Positions 56,098 to 64,000 of a stretch of DNA of 64,000 bases are shown here, in pieces. Made by a program: the position numbers and the translations under genes. A model generated the notes under the pieces. It searched no databases, had not been told where the DNA came from, and saw only the letters and a program-made list of their open reading frames with translations. The stretch is from Verrucomicrobiota bacterium. Its GTDB lineage: Bacteria > Verrucomicrobiota > Verrucomicrobiia > Limisphaerales > UBA8199. The stretch is from assembly GCA_039806935.1 (NCBI GenBank), contig JBDHQH010000001.1, positions 6,067 through 70,066 on the forward strand, read 5' to 3'. Each line of letters begins with the position of its first letter. Position 1 is the first letter of the stretch.

Positions 56098-58905
56098 ATG
56101 CCGAAGTTTAACCGGAAGGCCGCCAAACCCGAGTTGCCGCCAGCCACCGACTGGCGCACCACTGATGATCAGGAGATCGCCAAGCGACGCTTGCGCGCGC
56201 GCCAGGAGTCTTTCCAGATCAGGAACGAATCACCCGCCCATCCGATCTTCTCCAACTTTTGCGTCCAATCGGGAAGCGGGTTGGTTTATGCGGTCGAGAT
56301 CCGGGGGATACGGCCGGGCGAAGCCTCGTGCGATTGTGTGGATTTTCGCACGAACGGGCTCGGGTTCTGCAAACATGTGGCGGCGGTGTTGCAACTTTTG
56401 GAGGCGCGGCACAAACGATCTTTCAGGACGGCCGCGGCCACGGGCACCAACCGGATCGAGGTGACGCTTGAGACGGACGGCGGCCTGCTGCTTCAGTGCA
56501 ATGGGAAAGCGGCGCCGCGCGCGCTCGCACGCTGGTTTGGCCCCGATGGCCGGCTGGCCGCCACCTCGCCCGAGGAGGCGATCCCCCACCTGGCTGAACT
56601 GGCCGCCACCCGCTTGCCGCAACTGCGCATCTCGCAGGAAATCGGGCCGTGGCTGGAAAACCAGCGCCGGGTGGCGGAGCGGCACATGCTCCGCCGCGAA
56701 TATGAGCGAAAGGTGCAGAGCGGCGAGTGGCCAGCGCACGAAACGTCGGTGCCGCTCTTCCCGTATCAACGGGAAGGCATGCTGCATCTGGCCTTTGCTG
56801 AACGAGCCCTGCTGGCGGATGAGATGGGGCTGGGCAAGACGATTCAAGCCATCGCCGCCTGCGCGTTGCTGCATCGGCTGGGCAAGGCGCGGCGGGTTTT
56901 GGTGGTCACGCCCGCCTCCCTGAAAACCGAGTGGGAGGAACAAATCCGCAAATTCACCCCCCTGGATTACCAAATTGTGTTCGGCTCGAAGATCAAACGT
57001 CTCGCCGCCTATTCGGCGGCTCCGCCTTGCCCGAAGGAGCCCGAGAGGAACAGCCAGCCCCGGCCGGCGCGCCCGTTCTTTACCATTGTTAATTACGAGC
57101 AGATGGTGGCTGACGCTTTGGATGTGAATGCGCGGCTGGCGCCCGAGGTGGTGGTGTTGGACGAGGCGCAGCGCATCAAAAACTGGAATACCAAGACCGC
57201 CCAGGCGATCAAGCGGCTGCGCAGCCGATACGCCTTCGTGCTGACCGGCACACCCATCGAAAATCGCATCGATGAGATCCATTCGCTCATGGGCTTTTTG
57301 GACCCCTCGGTGCTCGGGCCTCTGTTTCGGTTTAACCGCGACTTTTACGAACTCGATGAGCGCGGGCGCCCCATCGGCTGCCGGAATCTGGATTTGCTGC
57401 ACAAGCGCATCAAACCACTGATGCTGCGGCGGCGGAAAGCGGATGTTGAAACCGAACTGCCGGAGCGCAGCGACCGGAATCATTTCGTTCCCCTGCATGA
57501 TCTTCAACGCCAAAATTACGCCGTTCATGAACAGCAGGTGATGCGGCTGGTAATGGTGGCAAAACGCCGTCCGCTCCTCCAGCGGGAAGCGGAAAGACTG
57601 CAACGCGAATTAGCCATGATGCGGATGATTTGTGACACCAATTTCATCCTGGATCCCGAGGACCAGACCTGTCCCAAGCTGGCGGAATTGGAGAAAATTC
57701 TCGACGACTGCGACGCCAACGATTCCAAAGTCATCGTATTTTCCGAATGGGAGCGGATGCTGCAGCTCGTCCGTTCGCTCTGCGAAAAGCGTGGCCGCGG
57801 CTTTGCCTGGCACACCGGTTCGGTTCCGCAGCAACGGCGGCGCGCCGAAATCAACGCGTTTAAGCATGATCCGAATTGCCGGGTTTTCCTCAGCACGGAT
57901 TCGGGCGCCACCGGGTTGAATTTGCAAAACGCGAGCGTGGTCATTAATTGCGATCTTCCCTGGAATCCCGCGCGGCTCGAGCAGCGCATCGCCCGGGCCT
58001 GGCGCAAGCACCAGACCAAACCCGTGAGCGTGATCAACCTGATTTCCGAGGACACCATCGAGCATCGGATGCTGGACACCTTGGCCATGAAGCAGTCAGT
58101 GGCGTTGAGCGTGCTGGATCGTCCCGGTGAAATCAAAGAGATCAAGCTGCGGGGTGGCCGCCAGGCTTTCCTGGAACGATTGCAACAGTTGGTGGCGCCC
58201 ATGGAGGCTGGCCCGGCAAATGGAAAACCACAATCCGCCGCTCTGGTCCCTCAACGCCCGACCGATCCGGCGATCGGTTTCGCGCAAGCCGCCGCCGAGC
58301 AGCTTCAAGGCGCGCTGCTGCACTGCGAAGAGCGCTACCCGCACGAGGGCGCGCATTCCGTGCTGGTCGTCGTGGTCGAGCGCGATCCAGCGCAATACCG
58401 CGAAACGCTGGAGCGACTACGCAAGGAATGGCTATCGCCAGGAAACCACCAGATTGCCGAGACTCAGTTGGAGGTGATAGATCGTGCCACTGAAGAGACA
58501 ATCCAGCGCCTCATTGCGGCCGGCGTGATCAGCCGGAGCACACGCGCCACCCGCCCTCTCCATCCGATCGGGGAGCAGCAGCCGGCGCAGCCGCTTTCAG
58601 CCGAGGAAGAAGCCAGGGCCAAAGCGCATCGAGAGCGCGCGACCCGGCACTTGAAGATGGCGCGCGTCTTGGGCGGTGGCGGCTTTGACCAGGAGGCGCG
58701 TTCGGCCCTGATCGAGGCTGTCCACGGCTTTACCCGGGCGGTCGCGGTCGAGCAGCGACTTCCGGACCCAGCCGGGGCGGAACAGATTATTCAATCACCG
58801 TGGGCGCGCGTTTGGGCTGAGAAATTGCCGACCATCAAAGCTTTCCTGCAAGGCGGCGCCGACGACTGGAAAGCGGCTGCGGAGCGTCTTGCGGCCGGAA
58901 TTTGA
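56098..58905 (+). CDS. SNF2-family helicase with an N-terminal SWIM zinc finger and a roughly 270-aa C-terminal extension
   Basis: Start chosen at ATG 56098 inside track ORF 56002..58905. SWIM: CDCVDFRTNGLGFCKHVAAVL. SNF2_N: LFPYQREGMLHLAF...LADEMGLGKTIQAIA and VVLDEAQRIKN. Helicase C: VFLSTDSGATGLNLQNASVVINCDLPWNPARLEQRIARAWRKHQTKPV. Confidence 0.85.
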   Translation: MPKFNRKAAKPELPPATDWRTTDDQEIAKRRLRARQESFQIRNESPAHPIFSNFCVQSGSGLVYAVEIRGIRPGEASCDCVDFRTNGLGFCKHVAAVLQLLEARHKRSFRTAAATGTNRIEVTLETDGGLLLQCNGKAAPRALARWFGPDGRLAATSPEEAIPHLAELAATRLPQLRISQEIGPWLENQRRVAERHMLRREYERKVQSGEWPAHETSVPLFPYQREGMLHLAFAERALLADEMGLGKTIQAIAACALLHRLGKARRVLVVTPASLKTEWEEQIRKFTPLDYQIVFGSKIKRLAAYSAAPPCPKEPERNSQPRPARPFFTIVNYEQMVADALDVNARLAPEVVVLDEAQRIKNWNTKTAQAIKRLRSRYAFVLTGTPIENRIDEIHSLMGFLDPSVLGPLFRFNRDFYELDERGRPIGCRNLDLLHKRIKPLMLRRRKADVETELPERSDRNHFVPLHDLQRQNYAVHEQQVMRLVMVAKRRPLLQREAERLQRELAMMRMICDTNFILDPEDQTCPKLAELEKILDDCDANDSKVIVFSEWERMLQLVRSLCEKRGRGFAWHTGSVPQQRRRAEINAFKHDPNCRVFLSTDSGATGLNLQNASVVINCDLPWNPARLEQRIARAWRKHQTKPVSVINLISEDTIEHRMLDTLAMKQSVALSVLDRPGEIKEIKLRGGRQAFLERLQQLVAPMEAGPANGKPQSAALVPQRPTDPAIGFAQAAAEQLQGALLHCEERYPHEGAHSVLVVVVERDPAQYRETLERLRKEWLSPGNHQIAETQLEVIDRATEETIQRLIAAGVISRSTRATRPLHPIGEQQPAQPLSAEEEARAKAHRERATRHLKMARVLGGGGFDQEARSALIEAVHGFTRAVAVEQRLPDPAGAEQIIQSPWARVWAEKLPTIKAFLQGGADDWKAAAERLAAGI

Positions 58906-58929
58906 AGTGCGAAGGCGCGTTCAAAAGAG

Positions 58930-59991
58930 ATGAAAATCGCGGTCCAGCATTCAGTCAGCCGGGAAAAGCCGAGTCGCTCCCCTTCCCCATTGGAGACGAG
59001 GGGTTTTTTTCTTGGCTTGCCCTTGGGGCTGGCAGCCTTGCTCGCGCTTTTTTTCGTTTTGTTCTATCGGCAACTCGGCGCCCCGACCGCCACCTCAAAC
59101 TGGTGCGCTGAGCTGATTGCCAAGAAGGAGCGGCGGGCTTCCTCGATGCCGCATCCCAAATTGGTTCTGGCCGGCGGTTCCTCAGTGCTCTTCGGCCTCA
59201 AGGCCAGGCAAATCCAGGAAGCGACCGGCTGGCCGACCCTGAACTTCGGACTGCATGGGGCCCTGGGCCCGCAATACATCCTTTCGCGGCTGCGGCAGGT
59301 GCTTGAGCCGGGCGATCTGGTGCTGCTCGGTTTTGAATACGAGCTCTATAACTTCGGCAAGAGCCGGGAGTGGCGCGACAGCGTTTTCCTGGACTATGTG
59401 ACCGCTCGCGACCCGGAATATTTCCGGGCGCTGCCGCTGGTGGAACAGTTCAGGCTGGCCATGTCCATGCCGCTTGAGCGAATTCGCCGGGGGCTGCAGG
59501 CCCGGCGCCACCCGCCACCACGAGTGTTTTTCGGGGTGTACGACGTGGATAAGGTGGATGAATTTGGCGATCAAAACGGGAATACAGCCGATTTGAGGCC
59601 GCCCGGGTCGCCGCAGTTGGCGGTTGCCAGCAAGGCTCTGCTGCAGGGTCTCACCGCCCACCAGCGGAATTTCGCCGAACTGGAGCGATTTCTCGCTTGG
59701 GCGCGGGCGCGCCAGGTGCGGGTGTTGGCAACATTTCCTGGCATTTGCCATCGCCCGGAGTACGACGCTCCGAATGCCCGGGGCGCCATCGAGGCGATTC
59801 GCGGTTTTTATTCCGCTCGAAACATTCCGGTGCTGGGTGGAGCGCGGGAAGCCATGCTGCCGTCGGATCTTTTTTTCGACACCAACTATCATCCGACCCA
59901 GGCGGGCGCGCGCGAGCGAACCCGCCGCTTGCTAACCCACCTTCCCGCGGCTCTTGAACGCGGGCAAAAGAACCCCGCGCCCACTCTCTGA
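58930..59991 (+). CDS. Hypothetical membrane-anchored protein, possibly SGNH/GDSL-like fold
   Basis: N-terminal TM (FFLGLPLGLAALLALFFVLFY), a block-I-like KLVLAGGSSVLFG and a block-V-like DTNYHPTQAG (DxxH). Weak motif-level evidence only. Confidence 0.35.
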   Translation: MKIAVQHSVSREKPSRSPSPLETRGFFLGLPLGLAALLALFFVLFYRQLGAPTATSNWCAELIAKKERRASSMPHPKLVLAGGSSVLFGLKARQIQEATGWPTLNFGLHGALGPQYILSRLRQVLEPGDLVLLGFEYELYNFGKSREWRDSVFLDYVTARDPEYFRALPLVEQFRLAMSMPLERIRRGLQARRHPPPRVFFGVYDVDKVDEFGDQNGNTADLRPPGSPQLAVASKALLQGLTAHQRNFAELERFLAWARARQVRVLATFPGICHRPEYDAPNARGAIEAIRGFYSARNIPVLGGAREAMLPSDLFFDTNYHPTQAGARERTRRLLTHLPAALERGQKNPAPTL

Positions 59992-60032
59992 CTTGCGAGC
60001 GCAGGAGCGCACGCTATGCTCTCCCGCACAAG

Positions 60033-61262
60033 ATGGATGAGCCAGAAATCAGCGCTTTCGCCGGGCGGGTTCGCCAGCACCTGTTTGGACACCTGCTGCC
60101 CTTCTGGACCGGTCCGGCTCTGGATCATGAGCACGGCGGCTGGCTGCCCTGGATGTCGAATGACCTGCGGGTGGACCGCTCTCAGCCCAAAGGATTGATC
60201 GTCAACACCCGGCTGCTTTGGACCTTCTCCGCCGTTCATCGCGTGCGGCCTGAGGAACTCTACCGCTCGATGGCGGAACGGGCCTGCCGGTTTGTCCTGG
60301 AACGCTTCTGGGACGCGGAGCATGGCGGGGCGTTTTGGCGTCTCGACAGTTCCGGACAAGTTCTCGATAACTCGAAGAAGATTTACGGGCAAGCCTTCTG
60401 CATTTACGCCTTGGCCGAGTATTTCCGGGCTTTTGACACGCCGGTGGCGCTGCGCAAAGCGACGGAACTCTTCGAGCTGCTCGAACGCCACGCTCACGAT
60501 CCTGTGGAGGGCGGCTACTGGGAGGTGCGGCGGAGCGATTGGTCCGAGGCAACCGACACCCGGCTGAGCGAAAAGGACATGAACGAGAAAAAGTCGATGA
60601 ACAATCATCTGCACCTGCTCGAGGCCTACACCAACCTGTGCCGGATTTGGAGGGATTCCCGACTGATCACTCGGTTGCGCGAGTTGATCCAGCTCTTCGA
60701 GCGGCGGATCCTTTCGCCCGCGCGCCATTTGCATCACTTTTTCAACGAACATTGGCAGCCCCGCTCGCGCGCTTACACTTACGGCCACGACATCGAGGGC
60801 AGTTGGCTGCTGTGCGAGGCGGCGGAGGTGCTGGGCGACGCCGACCAGTTAGGCCGCGTGCGATCGGTGGCGCTGTTGATGGCCGGCGCTGTTCTGGAGC
60901 AGGGCTTCGACGCGGAGGGCGGGCTTTATTATGAGGGCCAGGACGGCCGCGTGATTGATCAGGGGAAGGAGTGGTGGCCGCAGGCTGAGGCGGTGGTGGG
61001 ATTCCTCAACGCCTTCCAACTTTCAGGCCAGGCCCGTTATTTCAAGGCCGCCCTGCAGATCTGGGATTTCATCGAGGCGCGCCTGGCGGATCGCGAGCAT
61101 GGCGAGTGGTTCTGGCGCATCAACCCCGATGGCAAACCGGATTCAAACCAGCCCAAGGTGAGCGAATGGAAGGGACCTTACCACGGCGTGCGCGCCTGCC
61201 TGGAGACGCTGCGCCGACTTGATCAGATTGGCGGCGCAAGCCGGGCTTCTGGACGAAACTGA
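60033..61262 (+). CDS. AGE-family epimerase/isomerase (N-acylglucosamine 2-epimerase / cellobiose 2-epimerase-like)
   Basis: (alpha/alpha)6-barrel family motifs: FWTGPALDHEHGGW, IYGQAFCIYALAEYF, SMNNHLHLLEAYTNL, YGHDIEGSWLL and WWPQAEAVVGFLNAF. Confidence 0.8.
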   Translation: MDEPEISAFAGRVRQHLFGHLLPFWTGPALDHEHGGWLPWMSNDLRVDRSQPKGLIVNTRLLWTFSAVHRVRPEELYRSMAERACRFVLERFWDAEHGGAFWRLDSSGQVLDNSKKIYGQAFCIYALAEYFRAFDTPVALRKATELFELLERHAHDPVEGGYWEVRRSDWSEATDTRLSEKDMNEKKSMNNHLHLLEAYTNLCRIWRDSRLITRLRELIQLFERRILSPARHLHHFFNEHWQPRSRAYTYGHDIEGSWLLCEAAEVLGDADQLGRVRSVALLMAGAVLEQGFDAEGGLYYEGQDGRVIDQGKEWWPQAEAVVGFLNAFQLSGQARYFKAALQIWDFIEARLADREHGEWFWRINPDGKPDSNQPKVSEWKGPYHGVRACLETLRRLDQIGGASRASGRN

Positions 61263-61274
61263 ACCACAACGAAC

Positions 61275-62462
61275 ATGAACAAACGAGCCTTTCAACAAAA
61301 GCTGGCGGCACTCAAGCGGCAACACGGGCAGCTCATCAAACGCCGCAACGCCAGGCAAAAAACCGGAAATGGAATTTTTGACCGCTACGCGTTCCCGGTA
61401 CTCACGGCTGAGCACACTCCGTTGTTTTGGCGTTATGATTTCGACCGCCAAGCCAATCCGCGCCTGTTGACCCGGTTGGGCATCAACTCCGTTTTCAATG
61501 CGGGCGCAATGGAATGGAACGGGAACATCGTGGTAATGGCGCGAGTCGAAGGCTGGGATCGGAAATCCTTTTTCGCCATCGCGGAAAGCCGGAACGGCAT
61601 CGACCGCTTTCGGTTTTGGGATTACCCCGTGCGTTTGCCGGAACTCGCACCGGAAGAGACCAACCTCTACGATATGCGCTTGGTACGGCACCAGGACGGC
61701 TGGATCTATGGCCTGTTCTGCGCGGAACGGCACGATGATGCCAAACGCGGAGATTTGTCGGCGGCCATCGCCCGCTGCGGAATCGCCCGCACCAAAGATC
61801 TGGTGAGCTGGGAGCGGCTGGCGGATCTGAAAACCCGCTCTTTGCATCAACGGAATTGCGTGTTGCACCCCGAGTTTGTGGACGGCCAATACGCCTTCTA
61901 CACGCGCCCGATGACGGACTTCGCGGCCACCGGCACTGGGGACGGCATCGGCTGGGGGTTATGCAAGGATATTGCCAACGCCCGCATCGGCGCGGAGACG
62001 ATTCTGGACGGGCGCGTTTATCACACCATCAAGGAGGGGAAAAACGGCCTCGGCCCGGCGCCGATAAAAACCGCGGCCGGGTGGCTGCACCTGGCGCATG
62101 GCGTGCGCAACACCGCCGCCGGCATGCGTTACGTGCTCTATCTGTTTCTGTGCGATTTGGAAGACCCCACCCGGGTCACACACGCACCCGGCGGGTATTT
62201 TCTGGCGCCTGAGGGGGAGGAGCGGATCGGGGATGTGTCGAACGTCGTCTTTGGCAATGGATGGGTGGCGCGGCCCAATGGAGACGTGTTCCTTTATTAC
62301 GGTTCCTCGGACACCCGTTTGCACGTAGCCACCAGCCGCCTCGAGACGCTTCTTGACTACGTCATGAATACCCCGCCCGACGCCGGGCGCTCCGCCCAAT
62401 CCGTGGAGCAACGTTGCCGCCTCATCGAGAAAAACCTGGCTCACCATCCCCGGTCAGGTTGA
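61275..62462 (+). CDS. Glycoside hydrolase family 130 (beta-mannoside phosphorylase-like)
   Basis: 395 aa with GH130/DUF377-type segments (INSVFNAGAMEWNGNIVVMARVEGWDRKSFFAIAESRNGIDRF, DMRLVRHQDGWIYGLFCAE, GWLHLAHGV and VFLYYGSSDTRLHVA). It lies 12 nt downstream of the AGE epimerase. Confidence 0.8.
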   Translation: MNKRAFQQKLAALKRQHGQLIKRRNARQKTGNGIFDRYAFPVLTAEHTPLFWRYDFDRQANPRLLTRLGINSVFNAGAMEWNGNIVVMARVEGWDRKSFFAIAESRNGIDRFRFWDYPVRLPELAPEETNLYDMRLVRHQDGWIYGLFCAERHDDAKRGDLSAAIARCGIARTKDLVSWERLADLKTRSLHQRNCVLHPEFVDGQYAFYTRPMTDFAATGTGDGIGWGLCKDIANARIGAETILDGRVYHTIKEGKNGLGPAPIKTAAGWLHLAHGVRNTAAGMRYVLYLFLCDLEDPTRVTHAPGGYFLAPEGEERIGDVSNVVFGNGWVARPNGDVFLYYGSSDTRLHVATSRLETLLDYVMNTPPDAGRSAQSVEQRCRLIEKNLAHHPRSG

Positions 62463-62495
62463 TTCAGAGCCTCCCTTGGGCGCGCTTGCTGGCGT

Positions 62496-64000
62496 TTACT
62501 GCCGGTGAATCTGAAGCCGCAGGTAGCGGGCCGCGCCGCTGCCCAGGGGCTCGACTTCGCGATAGATTTCCCGCCTCAGGTCACCGAGCTCAACGGAACT
62601 ATCGAGCAACGCGCAGCCAGGACCGGAGAACCAATGGGTGAGGTCGGAGGAGACTTGCGGCGCGCAAAAAATGTCCTCGGCCAATGGATCGCGGACTACG
62701 GATACCGAGAGAAAATTCTCCGTTCCGATCTGAACGAGACTGGCCGCGGGCAACCGACTGGCGGGGGCGCTGGCCCGGCCAGGCAGGCCAAGGTAATACT
62801 TCCAGAGATTGGCCACCCCGTCGCCGTCGGGTGCGGCGCTTTCGTGGCTCATCCAGTTGGTTTGTCCGGCGCCGAAATAGCGATCGCGCCAGGCGTCGTA
62901 ACTCGCGGTCCAGCGGGCGACCCGCAACTCGTACCAGAGCGAGCCGGTATTGGTGTCTGCGTTGATCACAGTGCGGGAGTCCGTCCCGGTGATCGGCAGC
63001 GCTGATTTTCGCTGCCCGCGCGGATCCAGGCTCCAGACCTGGACGTGGTTCGTGCCCACCGGCAGCGTGATCGCAAAGGGGACCACCTCCGCCAGGACGG
63101 GCGGGCTGCCCCATTGCATTCCGACGGAAGTCTTCGTGGAATCCGTCCAGGCTTGTCCCGTGTTCTCCCACCACCCGGTCGCGATAATCAGTGCGGAACA
63201 ATCGTTCGTCAGGACTTCGCCGCGGGTAACACTGAGCGCCAGCGTCGCATAGCCCAGCTTGGTCGTGCCCGGCTCCAACGTAATGCCGCCCAAATCCACC
63301 GCGCGATGATCCGCAAAGCCCACTACCGCCTTGGTCTGCGCGGTGTTGACGGTGACAAGTCCTCGGTTTTCCAAAGAAACGTCCCAGGCGAGTTCTCCGG
63401 TGTCGCTGACCAGCACGTTACCCTCAGGCGCGCGAGGTGGCTCGGCGAGACCCACCGGGTGATTCCCATAATCCGTGCTGAGCCGGCTGACGAAAGCGTG
63501 TTTGCCGGGGACGCCGAGCTGGCCGCTGCTGAAAATGCTCCAGGGAGCGGCCGATTGCAGCAAATCCAACTCGCGCTCGGGGGTGAGCGGAAGGGTGATC
63601 TCCCCGGCGGCCTGGCGGGCATGGCCCCGGCGAAACAAGTTCGCCGCCACCAACAGATTCACCATCTTGGTCGGGTGTTGCCCGATTTCAAAATAGCCGC
63701 GGACATATCCCATCGTTGCCGCCGGACTGCCCGGGCCGTAATCGAACATCCAAAAGCCGTCCCAATCCTGCAATGCGGCATAGGCGGCCAACAAAACCGG
63801 CCCCTCGCCGCCATAATAGTTCGGCGAGGGATGCTGATATTCCGTCACCATAAACGGCTTGCCCTTGAGCCGCTGGCGCGCGAGCCCGGCGAGGGTGTTA
63901 TCGAGCGTGTTCACCATCGAAAGGTTGGGCACCCGCCAGTTCCCGGCATCCCATGGTGCGCCCGGAAAGATCGGATGCTGCCAGTACGCGTGTCCGTCGA
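62496..64000 (-). CDS. Putative secreted glycoside hydrolase (TIM-barrel C-terminal part + beta-sandwich + DGDG/calcium-binding-like module), 5' end outside window
   Basis: The frame stays open from the track start (GTG 63932) up to nt 64000 (...DGHAYWQHPIFPGAPWDAGNWR-V-PNLS). FMVTEYQHPSP resembles a clan GH-A nucleophile strand. The C-terminal DGDGVANLWKYYLGL motif is present. Confidence 0.55.
   Translation of the reverse strand, partial: DGHAYWQHPIFPGAPWDAGNWRVPNLSMVNTLDNTLAGLARQRLKGKPFMVTEYQHPSPNYYGGEGPVLLAAYAALQDWDGFWMFDYGPGSPAATMGYVRGYFEIGQHPTKMVNLLVAANLFRRGHARQAAGEITLPLTPERELDLLQSAAPWSIFSSGQLGVPGKHAFVSRLSTDYGNHPVGLAEPPRAPEGNVLVSDTGELAWDVSLENRGLVTVNTAQTKAVVGFADHRAVDLGGITLEPGTTKLGYATLALSVTRGEVLTNDCSALIIATGWWENTGQAWTDSTKTSVGMQWGSPPVLAEVVPFAITLPVGTNHVQVWSLDPRGQRKSALPITGTDSRTVINADTNTGSLWYELRVARWTASYDAWRDRYFGAGQTNWMSHESAAPDGDGVANLWKYYLGLPGRASAPASRLPAASLVQIGTENFLSVSVVRDPLAEDIFCAPQVSSDLTHWFSGPGCALLDSSVELGDLRREIYREVEPLGSGAARYLRLQIHRQ

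Overview
The window is visibly GC-rich (not computed) and gene-dense. I support about 54 protein-coding genes and found no rRNA, tRNA or CRISPR array by eye. Protein style (Pro/Ser-rich linkers, long prepilin leaders, propeller-type sensor kinases, DGDG-type C-terminal modules) suggests a PVC-group bacterium such as Verrucomicrobiota, but this is inference only.

Gene content in order:
- 1-10.6 kb: a near-complete type II secretion (gsp) cluster in the order E-F-G-H-I-J-K-L-M, a C/PilP-like gene, then D. The secretin is split into two separately signal-peptided ORFs.
- 10.7-13.6 kb: an orphan histidine kinase, an IMPase-family gene and a DUF883-like gene.
- 13.8-17.0 kb: a translationally coupled gene pair that I read as a highly atypical ExbB/ExbD (MotA/TolR)-like ion-channel module. 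It carries a giant N-terminal domain on one subunit and a coiled-coil plus a serine-less trypsin-fold-like domain on the other. This is my best candidate for an undescribed system.
- 17-31 kb: housekeeping and envelope genes: rlmD-like, DUF2723-TPR/GT4/WecA-like glycosylation genes, ClC channel, metG, GcvR-like, adk, DUF47 and PiT.
- 31.2-37.2 kb: a tripartite RND efflux operon.
- 37.3-43.8 kb: a hydrolase, a propeller sensor kinase, ispH and a dGTPase-like gene.
- 43.8-47.5 kb: a four-gene operon of NfeD, flotillin, a beta-carbonic-anhydrase-like gene and a membrane protein.
- 47.5-50.5 kb: a small accessory islet with a small ORF, an IS630 transposase remnant, an orphan Rhs C-terminal toxin cassette and a coupled putative immunity gene.
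- 50.8-59.99 kb: NUDIX, S1 protease, proA, an ATP-grasp-like gene, MarC, a SWIM-SNF2 helicase and an SGNH-like gene.
- 60-64 kb: a mannoside-utilisation trio of AGE epimerase, GH130 and a partial glycoside hydrolase.

All functional calls rest on motifs I recognised in the translated ORFs. No database search was run.
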